NCBI RefSeq assembly: GCF_028368995.1
Contig: NZ_JAQNDL010000003.1
Coordinates: 2,304,001-2,368,000 of the forward strand
Length of the DNA stretch: 64,000 nucleotides
Direction of reading: 5' to 3'
From: Nannocystis bainbridge
GTDB lineage: Bacteria > Myxococcota_A > Polyangia > Nannocystales > Nannocystaceae
Of this stretch, positions 44,090-53,299 are shown piece by piece (within the stretch, counting starts at the first letter, position 1; the number at the start of each line of letters is the position of its first letter). Made by a program: the position numbers and the translations under genes. The notes under the pieces were generated by a model that worked only from the letters and a program-made list of their open reading frames with translations, searched no databases and was not told where the DNA came from.

Positions 44090-45559
44090 ATGGTCTCCGT
44101 CCAGCGCAGCTCCCTGCTCGTCACCTCGCTCGTCCTCGCCGCCTGCGGCGACTCGCAAGCGGGCACCGACACCGCCGCCACCACCGCCGAGACCGAGGCC
44201 CCCGGCAGCAGCGAGGCGAGCGGCGGCAGCGAGGCCACCGGCACCCCGACCACCAGCGAGCCCGCGCCGACCACCAGCACCACTGACGGCGGTGAAGCCG
44301 TGCGGCCCAACTGGCATCAGGACATCGCCCCGCTGGTCACCGCCAGCTGTCAGAGCTGCCACGTCGCCGGCGGGATCGCCCCGTTCGCGCTGACCGACTA
44401 CGAGGAGTCGAAGCAGTGGGCCGGCGTCATGGCCAGCAGCGTCGCCCTCGGCCTCATGCCGCCGTGGCACGCGCTCGAGACCGACGTCTGCCAGCCGCCG
44501 CTGCCCTACCTGCACGACCCGCGGCTGTCGGACGAGCAAAAGGCCATGTTCCAGGATTGGGCCGATCTGGGCGCGCCCGAAGGCGATCTCGCGCTCGCGG
44601 CCCCGCTGCCGTCGCCGCCCTCGCTCGACCTGGCGAACCCGACCAAATCGATCACGATGGCCACCCCGCTGACCGTCGACAGGGTCGGCAACACCACCGA
44701 TTTCTTCCACTGCCTGAGCCTGGACCCGGGCAACGACGCCCCGGTCTACGTCGACGGCATCCAGGTGCTCGCGGGCAACCCGAAGATCGTGCATCACGTG
44801 CTGATCTACGTCGACGCCGGCGCCGACTCGGCGAGCTGGCCCGGCGGGGTCAAGCAGAACTGCGGCGGCGGGTCCGGCATCGGCAACGCGCAGCTGATCG
44901 GCGGGTGGGTCCCCGGCGGCATGCCGATGATCGCGCCCGCGGGCGTGACGACCGAGCTGCCGGCCGGCGCGCGGCTGATCCTCAACGTCCACTATCACGC
45001 CACCGGCGGCGGCCCCGAAGAGGACAAGGCGACCGGCCTCGCCCTGCGCTGGAGCGACACCGCGGCCGAGTGGTCGACCCTCTTCACCCTCATCGGCGCC
45101 CCCGGCATGGGCACGTCGTTGAACGGCCCGCTGATGATCCCCGCCGGCGCGTCCGGACACGTCGAAGAGTACGAGTACACCGTGCCCGCCGAGATCCCCG
45201 TGTTCGCCGACGTGCGCGTCTGGACCGTCCTCAATCACATGCACAAGGTCGGCGTCGACATGCGCGTATGGGTCGAGAGCGGCGACACCGAGACCTGCCT
45301 GCTGCACACCCCGAAGTGGGACTTCAACTGGCAGCGCTCCTATCAATACGACGCCCCGATCGGCTCGAGCTTCCGCGTCCGCGCCGGCGACAAGGTCCGC
45401 CTCCGCTGCGTCTACGACAACACGATGGCCAACCCCGGCGTGGTCGAGATGCTGGCCGAGGCCGGCCTCGACGCCCCGGTCCCCGTCGGCCTCGGCGAGG
45501 GCACGCTCGACGAGATGTGCCTCACCGGCGTCGGTGTGGCCATCAAGGGCGGACTCTGA
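44090..45559 (+). CDS. Lipoprotein: c-type heme motif plus copper type II (PHM/DBH-like) monooxygenase domain
   Basis: VLAAC lipobox; CQSCH; IVHHV, VHYH, NHMH, WDFNWQ, DEMC. Confidence 0.8.
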   Translation: MVSVQRSSLLVTSLVLAACGDSQAGTDTAATTAETEAPGSSEASGGSEATGTPTTSEPAPTTSTTDGGEAVRPNWHQDIAPLVTASCQSCHVAGGIAPFALTDYEESKQWAGVMASSVALGLMPPWHALETDVCQPPLPYLHDPRLSDEQKAMFQDWADLGAPEGDLALAAPLPSPPSLDLANPTKSITMATPLTVDRVGNTTDFFHCLSLDPGNDAPVYVDGIQVLAGNPKIVHHVLIYVDAGADSASWPGGVKQNCGGGSGIGNAQLIGGWVPGGMPMIAPAGVTTELPAGARLILNVHYHATGGGPEEDKATGLALRWSDTAAEWSTLFTLIGAPGMGTSLNGPLMIPAGASGHVEEYEYTVPAEIPVFADVRVWTVLNHMHKVGVDMRVWVESGDTETCLLHTPKWDFNWQRSYQYDAPIGSSFRVRAGDKVRLRCVYDNTMANPGVVEMLAEAGLDAPVPVGLGEGTLDEMCLTGVGVAIKGGL

Positions 45560-45748
45560 GGGCAGATGCCCGCCGGCTCGAGCCGGCGACCGGCGCAGGT
45601 CGAGCGGCATGCGGGCGAGACACTCTCGCCACGCATGACACGTGCTGTGAAGCCTCGCGACTCGCACGACTTCCGCCCCGCGCGCCGAATACGGCGAACC
45701 GCCAATCGCCCGCCCCCGACCCCTCGGGGAGTGGTAAGAATCCGCGCC

Positions 45749-46156
45749 ATGCTCGACGAGTCGCAGAGGATCCCCGCCTTCGAAGCCGCCCTCAGGCACG
45801 GCTTCGGCCTCGACCCCGCCGCCCTGCTCGAGTCCGAGGGCTGGTGGCGCTTCGAGATCGAGGGCATCAAGTTCCAGGGCGGCATCCACTCGCGCGATGT
45901 CCAGGTCTCCGCGCTGATCTGCAACCTCGACCCGGGCTGCGACTTCGACGCGTTCTACGAGGACATGAACCAGGCCGCGTGCCCCGAGGGCCTGGCGCGC
46001 TTCGCCGAAGCGGACTGCTACCTCTACGCCAAGGCCGCGCTGCCCTTCGGATCGGTGTCGCAGGCGCAGATCGAGCAAGCGATCCGCGACTGCATCACGG
46101 TCAAGCGCTCGCCCGGCGCGACCGGGCTGCGCGCGAACTGGGCCTGGTACGGCTGA
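45749..46156 (+). CDS. Hypothetical protein (YbjN/T3SS-chaperone-like size and pattern)
   Basis: 135 aa, high GC3; fold guess weak. Confidence 0.55.
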   Translation: MLDESQRIPAFEAALRHGFGLDPAALLESEGWWRFEIEGIKFQGGIHSRDVQVSALICNLDPGCDFDAFYEDMNQAACPEGLARFAEADCYLYAKAALPFGSVSQAQIEQAIRDCITVKRSPGATGLRANWAWYG

Positions 46157-46165
46157 CCCGCGAAT

Positions 46166-47620
46166 CTACACGACCCTGCGCCGACGGCGGAAGCCGAGCA
46201 GCGCGAGCAGCCCGAGCGCGGCCGCAGGGCCGTTCTGCTGCCGGCAGCCGCAACCGCCGTCGTCATCGGTGCCGGCCGCGGTCGTGGCGCTGTCCTCGCT
46301 CGTGCCGCCGCTGCTCGAAGTCTCGCCTTCCCCGCCAGTCGTGTCGGCGCCGGTCGTCGGCTGCTCGCCGGTCGTCTCCGATTCGCCGGTCGTCGACAGC
46401 TCGCCTGTGGTCGACTCGTCCGGCAGCTCGGGCGCCGGCTTGTTGACGCCGATGGCGATCGGCGCGGCGTAGGCCTCGTTGCCCGCATGGTCGACCGCGA
46501 TGGCGCTGATCACATAACCGCCCGCCGGTAGTCCGACGCTCCAGGTGTACGGCCCGGCCTCGCGCTTGCCGTTCGGGACCTCCTTCTCGTTGAAGACGAG
46601 CCGCACCTCGGCGATACCCCAGCCGTCCGGCTTGCCCGCGCCGTCGCTCGCCACGGCGGTGATCTTCAGCGGCAGCGGGCCCTCGGACTCATACGTATGA
46701 CCCTGCATCAGCCCGACGATCTCGACCTGCGGCGGTTCGTCGTCGACAATTTCACCATAGGCCGGACCGCAAGCCGCGCTCGCCTCCGAGACCGGCGCGT
46801 CGGCCTGGCAGCCGGTCGCCCAGGTCCCGGCAGGCACCCCGGGCTGCAGGGCGAAGCCGCCGCAGTCGGGGCTCGGATCCCACGTGCCATCGGGCGTATG
46901 GCAGGGCGTGATATCGACGTTGAGGTAGGACTCGAATTTCTCGATGTGCTTGTGCATCATCGAGAAGTATTGCTCGGCTCCGCAGCCGCCGATGACATAC
47001 GAGGCGATGCCGAACACCCGCCAGCCGCCGTCGGGCAGCTGCAGCATCACCGGACCGCCGGAGTCGCCGTAGCAGATGCTGTGCATGTCGTCGCCCGTGA
47101 TCAGCATCTCCTCCCCGGGGAAGCCGGCGATCTTCGCCGTCGTCTCGCGCTTGAGCCCCGTCGGGCCGTTGTCGGCCTGGCCGAAGCCGATCAGCGACAC
47201 CTCGGCGCCGACCTGCAACGCGTCGAGCTCGCAGCCCATCAAGATCGGCACGATCGGGACATCGGTCACCGGCTCCGCGAGCCGGCACCCGCCGATGTCG
47301 CTCCCGAAGGTGATCCCGTCGGGGACCATGAAGCAGTCCTCGGTCTCGACCACTCGCGCCTGCGGGTCGGCGCGGTCCTCTCCGAACAGAGCGAACTTGA
47401 AGTCGGCCCCGCAGTGACCCGCGAAGATCACCACCTCCGGGTGGACGAGCGTGCCGGTGCAGCTGTTGCCGCCGTCGTCCAGATAGACGGTGGTCGGCCA
47501 GCCGCACTCCTGGACCTCGGTCCCCTGATAAATCCCCTGCGGGAGCTGCGGGTCCGCGGACGCGAGGCCCGGCGTGAAAAGGAAGATGGATGCGAATGGG
47601 TAAAGATAGATGGAAAACAC
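46166..47620 (-). CDS. Trypsin-like (S1) serine protease with Ig-like domain and MYXO-CTERM-like tail
   Basis: CTGTLV, FAGHC, CYGDSGGP; Thr-rich linker; GCGC...LLALLGFRRRRR. Confidence 0.9.
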   Translation of the reverse strand: MFSIYLYPFASIFLFTPGLASADPQLPQGIYQGTEVQECGWPTTVYLDDGGNSCTGTLVHPEVVIFAGHCGADFKFALFGEDRADPQARVVETEDCFMVPDGITFGSDIGGCRLAEPVTDVPIVPILMGCELDALQVGAEVSLIGFGQADNGPTGLKRETTAKIAGFPGEEMLITGDDMHSICYGDSGGPVMLQLPDGGWRVFGIASYVIGGCGAEQYFSMMHKHIEKFESYLNVDITPCHTPDGTWDPSPDCGGFALQPGVPAGTWATGCQADAPVSEASAACGPAYGEIVDDEPPQVEIVGLMQGHTYESEGPLPLKITAVASDGAGKPDGWGIAEVRLVFNEKEVPNGKREAGPYTWSVGLPAGGYVISAIAVDHAGNEAYAAPIAIGVNKPAPELPDESTTGELSTTGESETTGEQPTTGADTTGGEGETSSSGGTSEDSATTAAGTDDDGGCGCRQQNGPAAALGLLALLGFRRRRRVV

Positions 47621-48031
47621 CGAATCATCCTAGCCATGATTCGCGGCTCGCGGCGAACGCCCCCATGCTCCATGCAGCGAGCGGACCATGAGCTTGGAGC
47701 GATCGACGCCGATCGGAACCGTGAAACATCGGCAAATCGCCGACGGTCGGCGCCAGAAAGCCGCGGCGCCCCTGTGTGAGTACGACTGCGACCCGATCGA
47801 CCGGCTCCGCCGATTCTTGGAGAATGTTCGGTGCGAGCATCACGGTCTCGCCGAGGCGCGCACGGGGAGACGCCATCAGGAGGTCGCCATCGAAGTCACG
47901 CCTTCATGGTTTCACGCGGCGACGATCTTGCGCAATCGTAAACTCTCGGCCCGTGACACACGCCGGGACAGCGCGTGGCCCGGCATGCCCGGCAAGCTCC
48001 TCGACCTCGATCGGGCGCGAGGCCCGTCGAC

Positions 48032-48268
48032 TCAGCCGGCCCGCGCCTGCGCCAGCTTGAACAGCAGATGGCTGACCTGGGCGAACTTCAGCACCTGGGG
48101 ATTGCGGGTGCGCGCCGACATCTCGTGACACACCAGCTTGAACTGCACCACGTCGAACAGCACGTGGACGGGATCGGGGTCCTCTGCGACTCGCCGGCGC
48201 AGCTCGATCACCTGGTCTCGCAGACCCGGCGGGATACTCGATAGATAGGGCGCGAGATCGTCGAACAT
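48032..48268 (-). CDS. Small helical hypothetical protein
   Basis: 78 aa MFDDLAPYL...; coding-like codon usage. Confidence 0.5.
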   Translation of the reverse strand: MFDDLAPYLSSIPPGLRDQVIELRRRVAEDPDPVHVLFDVVQFKLVCHEMSARTRNPQVLKFAQVSHLLFKLAQARAG

Positions 48269-48432
48269 GGGCTGCAGGATCCTCGCAGTCGCCGCTCGAG
48301 TCGAATGCAAACGGCTGCACCCCGCCGGCGCCCGCGCTGCGGCATCCGGGGCTCGCCGGGCGGCCTCCGCGAGCGCGCGGAAAGGATCCGCACCGTTGAC
48401 AATCTTCGCGCCCTCACCGCACAGTCTCGCGC

Positions 48433-51261
48433 ATGAGCCCACCGATCTCGCGGCGCGGCATCCTGCGCGGAACTCTCGGCGGCGGCACAGTCCTCGTCGG
48501 TGAGAGCTGCGCCCCGAAGATCGTCGGCGAGCGCGCCGAGGCGCCCTCCCTGCCCGCTGTCGGCGATGCCGGGCCCGCCTCCCACGCGCTCGAGTTCACC
48601 GTCAACGGCGCCGCCAGGTCGATCACCGTCGACCCCGAGCGCACCGCCCTCGAGCTCGTGCGGCGCGACCTCGGCCTCACTGGTTGCAAGGAGGCCTGCG
48701 GTCACGGGGCCTGCGGCGCCTGCAGCGTGCTGCTCGACGACGTCCCGGTCGCCGCCTGCCTGCTCCCCGCCGTCGCCCTGCACCGCCGCAAGCTCGTCAC
48801 CGTCGAGGGACTCGCCCCCGCTGGCGAGCTGCACCCGGTGCAGCGCGCCTTCATGGCCGAGGACGCCCTGCAGTGCGGTTTTTGCACCCCCGGCTTCGTC
48901 GTCGCCGCCAGCGCCTTTTACACGCGCTGGCGCGCCGAGCACGGCGACGCCGAGCCCGACCGCGACACCGTCGCCGCCGCGCTGGCCGGCAACCTGTGCC
49001 GCTGCGCCGCCTACGACGGAATCATTCGAGCTGTCCAAAAGGCCAGCTCCGGCGCCTACGAAAAACCACCCGGCCCCGAGCCCGCGCCGCCGCGCTACGA
49101 CGCCCGCGACAAGGTCACCGGCGCCGCCAAGTACACCGTCGACGTCCAGCTCCCCGGTCAGCTCGAGGGCAAGATCTTGCGCTCCCCGCACGCCCACGCG
49201 CGCGTGCGCAAGGTCGACTGGTCGAAGGCCCTCGCGCTGCCCGGCGTGTTCGGGGCGGTCGATCTGCTGCACGGCGGCACCACCCTGCGCTTCGTCGGCC
49301 AGGAGATCGCCGCCATCGCGGCGATCGACGCCCGCACCGCCGAGGCCGCCCTCGCCGCGATCGAGCTCGACCTCGAGGTCCTGCCGCCGCTCGTCGGCAT
49401 GGACGCCGCGCGGGCCCCCGGCGCCGCCCCGGTCTACCCGACCCGCAACACCCGTAAATCGGCCCCCAACGCCAGCGAGGGCCCGCTCCTGCCGCTCGGC
49501 TGGGACGGCAACGTGCGCGGCCCGTTCCAGCTGTTCAGCACCGCCAAGCTCAAGGCCCGCCGCGCCGTCGCCCGCCTGCGCGAGGCCCCGGCCGAGGGCG
49601 TCCTGGTCGAGGGGACCTACAAGACCCAGGTCCAGTGCCACACGGCCCTCGAGCCCCACGCCTGCGTCGCCCGCTGGACCGACGACGACGCCGTCACCGT
49701 CCACCTCTCGACGCAGGGGGTCCACGCCGTGGCCGAGGACATCGCCGAGCGCTGGGGCCTGCGCCGCGACCGCGTCCGCGTGCTCGCGCCGTACGTCGGC
49801 GGCGGCTTCGGGGCCAAGGTCACCCTGCAGCTCGAGTGCGTCGCCGCGGTCGAGCTGGCGCGCATCACCGCGAGGCCGGTGCGGGTGGTGCTCGAGCGGC
49901 GCGAGGAGCTGACGACCGGCGGCCTGCGCCCGGCCCAGGAGATCGAGCTCGCGGTCGCGACCGACCGCGACGGCTACCTGCAGGGCGTCACCGCCCGCGC
50001 CTTCGCCGACGCCGGCTGCAGCGTCGGCTCGACCAGCACCGTGCTCATGCGGCTGATGTACGCCAAGGCGCCCAAGGACATCGCCGACTGGGACGTCGTC
50101 AACCACGCCCCGCCCGGCAAGCCGTTCCGCGGCCCCGGCGGCCCGCCGGTGTTCTGGGCCCTCGAGCAGGCCGTCGACATCGCCGCCGAGCGCCTCGAGC
50201 TCGACCCGATCCTCCTGCGCAAGCGCTTCGACCCCAACCCCGCCCGCAATCACCTCTACGATTGGGCCCTGTCCCTCAAGACATGGCGCGAAAGACAGCC
50301 CGCACAGAGCGACCGCGGCCGGTTCCGCCGCGGCATGGGCCTGGCCGTCGGCGGGTGGTTCTACTTCGTCCAGCCGAGCGCGCGCGTGCAGATCGACGCC
50401 GGCCCCGACGGCATCGTCGCCTCGACGGCCTGCCAGGACATCGGCAACGGCACCCGCACCGTCATCGCCGCCACCGTCGCCGCGGTCCTCGGCCTCGCCC
50501 CCGCCGACATCAAGGTGGAGATCGGCGACTCCTCGCTGGTCCCGGGCCCGACCTCGGGCGGCAGCCGCACCACCGCCTCGCTGGTCCCGGCCGCGACCAT
50601 GGCCGCCGAGCAGCTGCGCGACGAATTGCTGGAGCGCGCCGAGCAGCTCGTCGGCGCCCGCGGCGTCGCCGTACCCGGCGGCGTCCGTCACCCGCGCGGC
50701 GTCGTCACCTGGCAGCAGCTCCTCGCCGGCTCGCCGCCGCTGCGGTTCGTCGGCACGCGCAAGCGCGACAAGGGCGGCTATTTCTTGCCGCCGATGGCCG
50801 ACATCGCCCCCGGCCGCTACGTCGCCGGCTCGCTGCAGATCATCGAGGTCGAGGTCGACACTCGCCTCGGCAAGATCCGCGTGCTGCGCTCGCACACCGG
50901 CATCGCCGCCGGCCACATCGTCGCGCCCGCGCTCGCGCGCAGCCAGGCCCTCGGCGGCGTGATCCAGGGCATCGGCTACGCCCTCTACGAAGAGCGCCGC
51001 CTCGACCCGAACACCGGCGCCCTCCTCACCGGCGGCCTCGAGGATTACCGGATCCCCGGCATCGGCGACATCGGCGAGCTCGACGTCCACTTCGTCGAGG
51101 ACGGCTACGAGCGCGTCAACGGCCGCAGCGTCGGCCTCGCCGAGCTCGTCACCCTCGCCCCCGCCGCCGCCATCGGCAACGCCGTCGCGCACGCCACCGG
51201 CTTCCGCCCGCGCGAGCTGCCGCTACGCCCCGACCGCGTCCTGCAAGGACTCCGCGGATGA
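48433..51261 (+). CDS. Xanthine dehydrogenase-family molybdo-hydroxylase, fused 2Fe-2S plus Mo-binding subunit, Tat signal
   Basis: SRRGIL; C-GHGAC-GAC, QCGFCTPG, NLCRC; GGGFGAK, FRGPG, SGGSR, GLAE. Confidence 0.93.
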   Translation: MSPPISRRGILRGTLGGGTVLVGESCAPKIVGERAEAPSLPAVGDAGPASHALEFTVNGAARSITVDPERTALELVRRDLGLTGCKEACGHGACGACSVLLDDVPVAACLLPAVALHRRKLVTVEGLAPAGELHPVQRAFMAEDALQCGFCTPGFVVAASAFYTRWRAEHGDAEPDRDTVAAALAGNLCRCAAYDGIIRAVQKASSGAYEKPPGPEPAPPRYDARDKVTGAAKYTVDVQLPGQLEGKILRSPHAHARVRKVDWSKALALPGVFGAVDLLHGGTTLRFVGQEIAAIAAIDARTAEAALAAIELDLEVLPPLVGMDAARAPGAAPVYPTRNTRKSAPNASEGPLLPLGWDGNVRGPFQLFSTAKLKARRAVARLREAPAEGVLVEGTYKTQVQCHTALEPHACVARWTDDDAVTVHLSTQGVHAVAEDIAERWGLRRDRVRVLAPYVGGGFGAKVTLQLECVAAVELARITARPVRVVLERREELTTGGLRPAQEIELAVATDRDGYLQGVTARAFADAGCSVGSTSTVLMRLMYAKAPKDIADWDVVNHAPPGKPFRGPGGPPVFWALEQAVDIAAERLELDPILLRKRFDPNPARNHLYDWALSLKTWRERQPAQSDRGRFRRGMGLAVGGWFYFVQPSARVQIDAGPDGIVASTACQDIGNGTRTVIAATVAAVLGLAPADIKVEIGDSSLVPGPTSGGSRTTASLVPAATMAAEQLRDELLERAEQLVGARGVAVPGGVRHPRGVVTWQQLLAGSPPLRFVGTRKRDKGGYFLPPMADIAPGRYVAGSLQIIEVEVDTRLGKIRVLRSHTGIAAGHIVAPALARSQALGGVIQGIGYALYEERRLDPNTGALLTGGLEDYRIPGIGDIGELDVHFVEDGYERVNGRSVGLAELVTLAPAAAIGNAVAHATGFRPRELPLRPDRVLQGLRG

Positions 51262-51455
51262 CCCTCTCCTCACGAGCCCGAAGCCCGCGCATGACCTCTC
51301 TCGTCGCCGCAGCTCGGCCCGGGCGCATCGCCGAACAGCCCTCGCGCATGACCTCTCCCGTCGCCGCTGCTCGCCCCGGGCCCATCGCCGAACAGCCCCC
51401 GCGCATGACCTCTCTCGCCACCGCACTTCGCCGCTCCGCACGAGGTGCCCGATGA
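51258..51455 (+). repeat. 57-bp tandem repeats forming a 65-aa ORF that overlaps both neighbours by ATGA
   Basis: ATGACCTCTC at 51291, 51348, 51405; in-frame ATG 51258 to TGA 51455. Confidence 0.7.
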
Positions 51456-52465
51456 CCGCGCTCGAGCTCCCGACCACCCTCGACGCCGCGCTCGGCCGCC
51501 CCGGTGAGCTGCGCGCCGGCGGCACCGACCTCACCGAGCGGCGCCGGCTCGACCTGTCCCGGGGGACAGTCATCGACCTGCGCGACGTCCCCGGCCTCGA
51601 CGCCATCACCTGGCGCGAAGGACAGCTGCACCTCGGCGCCCTCGTCACCCTCGCCGCCGTCGCCGCGCACCCCGACGTGCGCGCCCGCTACCCGGCCGTG
51701 GCTGCCACCGCGGCCGCCGTCGCGACCCCGCAGATCCGCGCCCGCGCGACTGTCGGCGGCAACCTGCTGCAGCACGTGCGCTGCTGGTACTACCGCCGCC
51801 CCGGCGCCGACTGCCTCAAGAGCGGCGGCAGCGGCTGCCCGGCCCGCAGCGGCGACCACCTGTTCCACGCCTGCTTCGACCTCGGCCCGTGCGTCGCGCC
51901 GCACCCGTCGTCGCTGGCGACCGCGCTGCTGGCCTACGAGGTCCGCGTCGAGGTCGCCGGCGACCGCGAGCACACCCTCGCCAGCCTCTACGGCGACGGC
52001 TCCGATGCGCGCCGGCACCACATGCTGCCGCCCGGCGCGCTGCTCACCGGCGTGCTGCTCGGCCCGCCCCTCGCCGGCGAGCAGGCGGCCTACGTGCGCG
52101 CGACCAGCCGGGCCCGCGCGGAGTGGCCGCTGGTCGAGGTGGTGGTGCGCCTGGCGGTGGCCGCCGGCCGCATCGACACCGCCCGCGTCACCGTCGGCGG
52201 GGTGGCCAACCTCCCGCTCCGCCTCGCCGCGGTCGAGGCCCTGCTGGTCGGCAAACCCGCGCACGAGGCGACCCTGGCCGCCGCCGCCGCGGTCGCAGCC
52301 GAGGGCGCGAAGCCGCTGACCCACACGGCCTACAAGCTCGACCTCCTGCGCGGCGCGGTCCTCGACGCGCTCGAGCGCGCGCTCGCCCACACGCCGACCG
52401 CCGCGACGCCCGCCAAGACCCCCGAGCCATCGCCCGATAAACCCGCGACCGCCGAGCCGACCTGA
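51452..52465 (+). CDS. FAD-binding subunit (PaoB/YagS-like, with Cys insert)
   Basis: AGGTDL, ATPQIRARATVGGNL, RCWYYR..C.K.GG.GC...C. Confidence 0.92.
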   Translation: MTALELPTTLDAALGRPGELRAGGTDLTERRRLDLSRGTVIDLRDVPGLDAITWREGQLHLGALVTLAAVAAHPDVRARYPAVAATAAAVATPQIRARATVGGNLLQHVRCWYYRRPGADCLKSGGSGCPARSGDHLFHACFDLGPCVAPHPSSLATALLAYEVRVEVAGDREHTLASLYGDGSDARRHHMLPPGALLTGVLLGPPLAGEQAAYVRATSRARAEWPLVEVVVRLAVAAGRIDTARVTVGGVANLPLRLAAVEALLVGKPAHEATLAAAAAVAAEGAKPLTHTAYKLDLLRGAVLDALERALAHTPTAATPAKTPEPSPDKPATAEPT

Positions 52466-52480
52466 CCTCGAGGACAGCCC

Positions 52481-52699
52481 ATGCAACTGTGCCGCCACCT
52501 GCGCTGGAAAGGCCACTCGCACGACGCGACCGAGCTGGCCGAATTCATGCTGACGTTCGCCCGCAACCAGGTCCCCTACTCGTGCCTCCACACGTGCCAA
52601 CCATGGGGCCCCGACGACGAGCTCGCCGCCCCGGAGGCCTGCAACGACAGCCGCCCGTGCTACAAGCCGTCCCCGCTGGTCACCCTCCGCCTGAGCTGA
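52481..52699 (+). CDS. Small Cys/His-rich protein
   Basis: GAGG RBS; CRHLRWK...YSCLHTCQPWGPD...C...RPCY. Confidence 0.7.
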   Translation: MQLCRHLRWKGHSHDATELAEFMLTFARNQVPYSCLHTCQPWGPDDELAAPEACNDSRPCYKPSPLVTLRLS

Positions 52700-52726
52700 G
52701 ACGCCGCTCAAAAAAACAAATGTAGA

Positions 52727-52812
52727 TGCGCAGGGAGGGACTCGAACCCTCACGCCCCTCGCGGGACCTGGCCACCTCAAGGCCAGCCGTCTACCAATTC
52801 CGTCACCTGCGC
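52727..52812 (-). tRNA. tRNA-Leu(GAG), no encoded CCA
   Basis: GCGCAGG/CCTGCGC-A73; D-loop GAATTGGTAGA; TGGCC-TTGAGGT-GGCCA; long variable arm; GAGGG-TTCGAGT-CCCTC; A10.G25 mismatch. Confidence 0.85.
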
Positions 52813-52842
52813 GCGCTGCCGCTGCTCGTCGTGATTCCCTGA

Positions 52843-52928
52843 TGCGCAAGAAGGGACTCGAACCCTCACGCCCCACCCGGGGCCCGGCGTTCTGAGCGCC
52901 GTACGTCTGCCAATTCCGCCACTTGCGC
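52843..52928 (-). tRNA. tRNA-Leu(CAG), A37, no CCA
   Basis: GCGCAAG/CTTGCGC-A; CGGCG-CTCAGAA-CGCCG; long variable arm. Confidence 0.85.
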
Positions 52929-52952
52929 CTGTCGCTCCCCAGTTCAAAAGAA

Positions 52953-53038
52953 TGCGCAGGGAGGGACTCGAACCCTCACGCCCCATCCGGAGCCTGGCGT
53001 TCTGAGCGCCAGCCGTCTACCCATTCCGTCACCTGCGC
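52953..53038 (-). tRNA. tRNA-Leu(CAG), A37, no CCA
   Basis: GCGCAGG/CCTGCGC-A; TGGCG-CTCAGAA-CGCCA; A10.G25 mismatch. Confidence 0.8.
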
Positions 53039-53052
53039 GTCTCTCAAAAAAG

Positions 53053-53135
53053 TCCGCGGGGCAGGGATCGAACCTGCCCGCGCCGAAGCGCCGTCGGTTT
53101 ACAGCCGACTGCCCCACCATTGAGGCGTCCCGCGG
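53053..53135 (-). tRNA. tRNA-Tyr(GTA)-like with C1:G72 and A8
   Basis: CCGCGGG/CCCGCGG-A; GTCGG-CTGTAAA-CCGAC; variable arm GCGC-TTCG-GCGC; GCAGG-TTCGATC-CCTGC. Confidence 0.8.
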
Positions 53136-53172
53136 AAAATTCCCCCGTCCTCTTCTCCTCATCACAAAAGCA

Positions 53173-53259
53173 TGCGCAGGGAGGGCCTCGAACCCTCACG
53201 CCCCTCGCGGAGCCCGACGTTTTGAATGTCGGTTGTCTACCGAATTCCAGCACCTGCGC
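53173..53259 (-). tRNA. tRNA-Leu(CAA), atypical
   Basis: GCGCAGG/CCTGCGC-A; CGACA-TTCAAAA-CGTCG (A31.C39 mismatch); T-loop TTCGAGG; C10.A25. Confidence 0.75.
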
Positions 53260-53299
53260 GAATCACTCGTCGACCTCTTCCTTTCTTAAAAAGATACGA

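Noticed and set aside
47688-48128. 146-aa ORF in the lower-GC gap upstream of the protease
   Set aside because: No recognisable motif, weak codon bias, and it overlaps a better minus-strand ORF.
52843-53259. UCA (opal/Sec) suppressor reading of the CTCAGAA and TTCAAAA loops
   Set aside because: Stem pairing fixes U33 and gives CAG and CAA; no tRNA-Sec extended acceptor or long D-stem.
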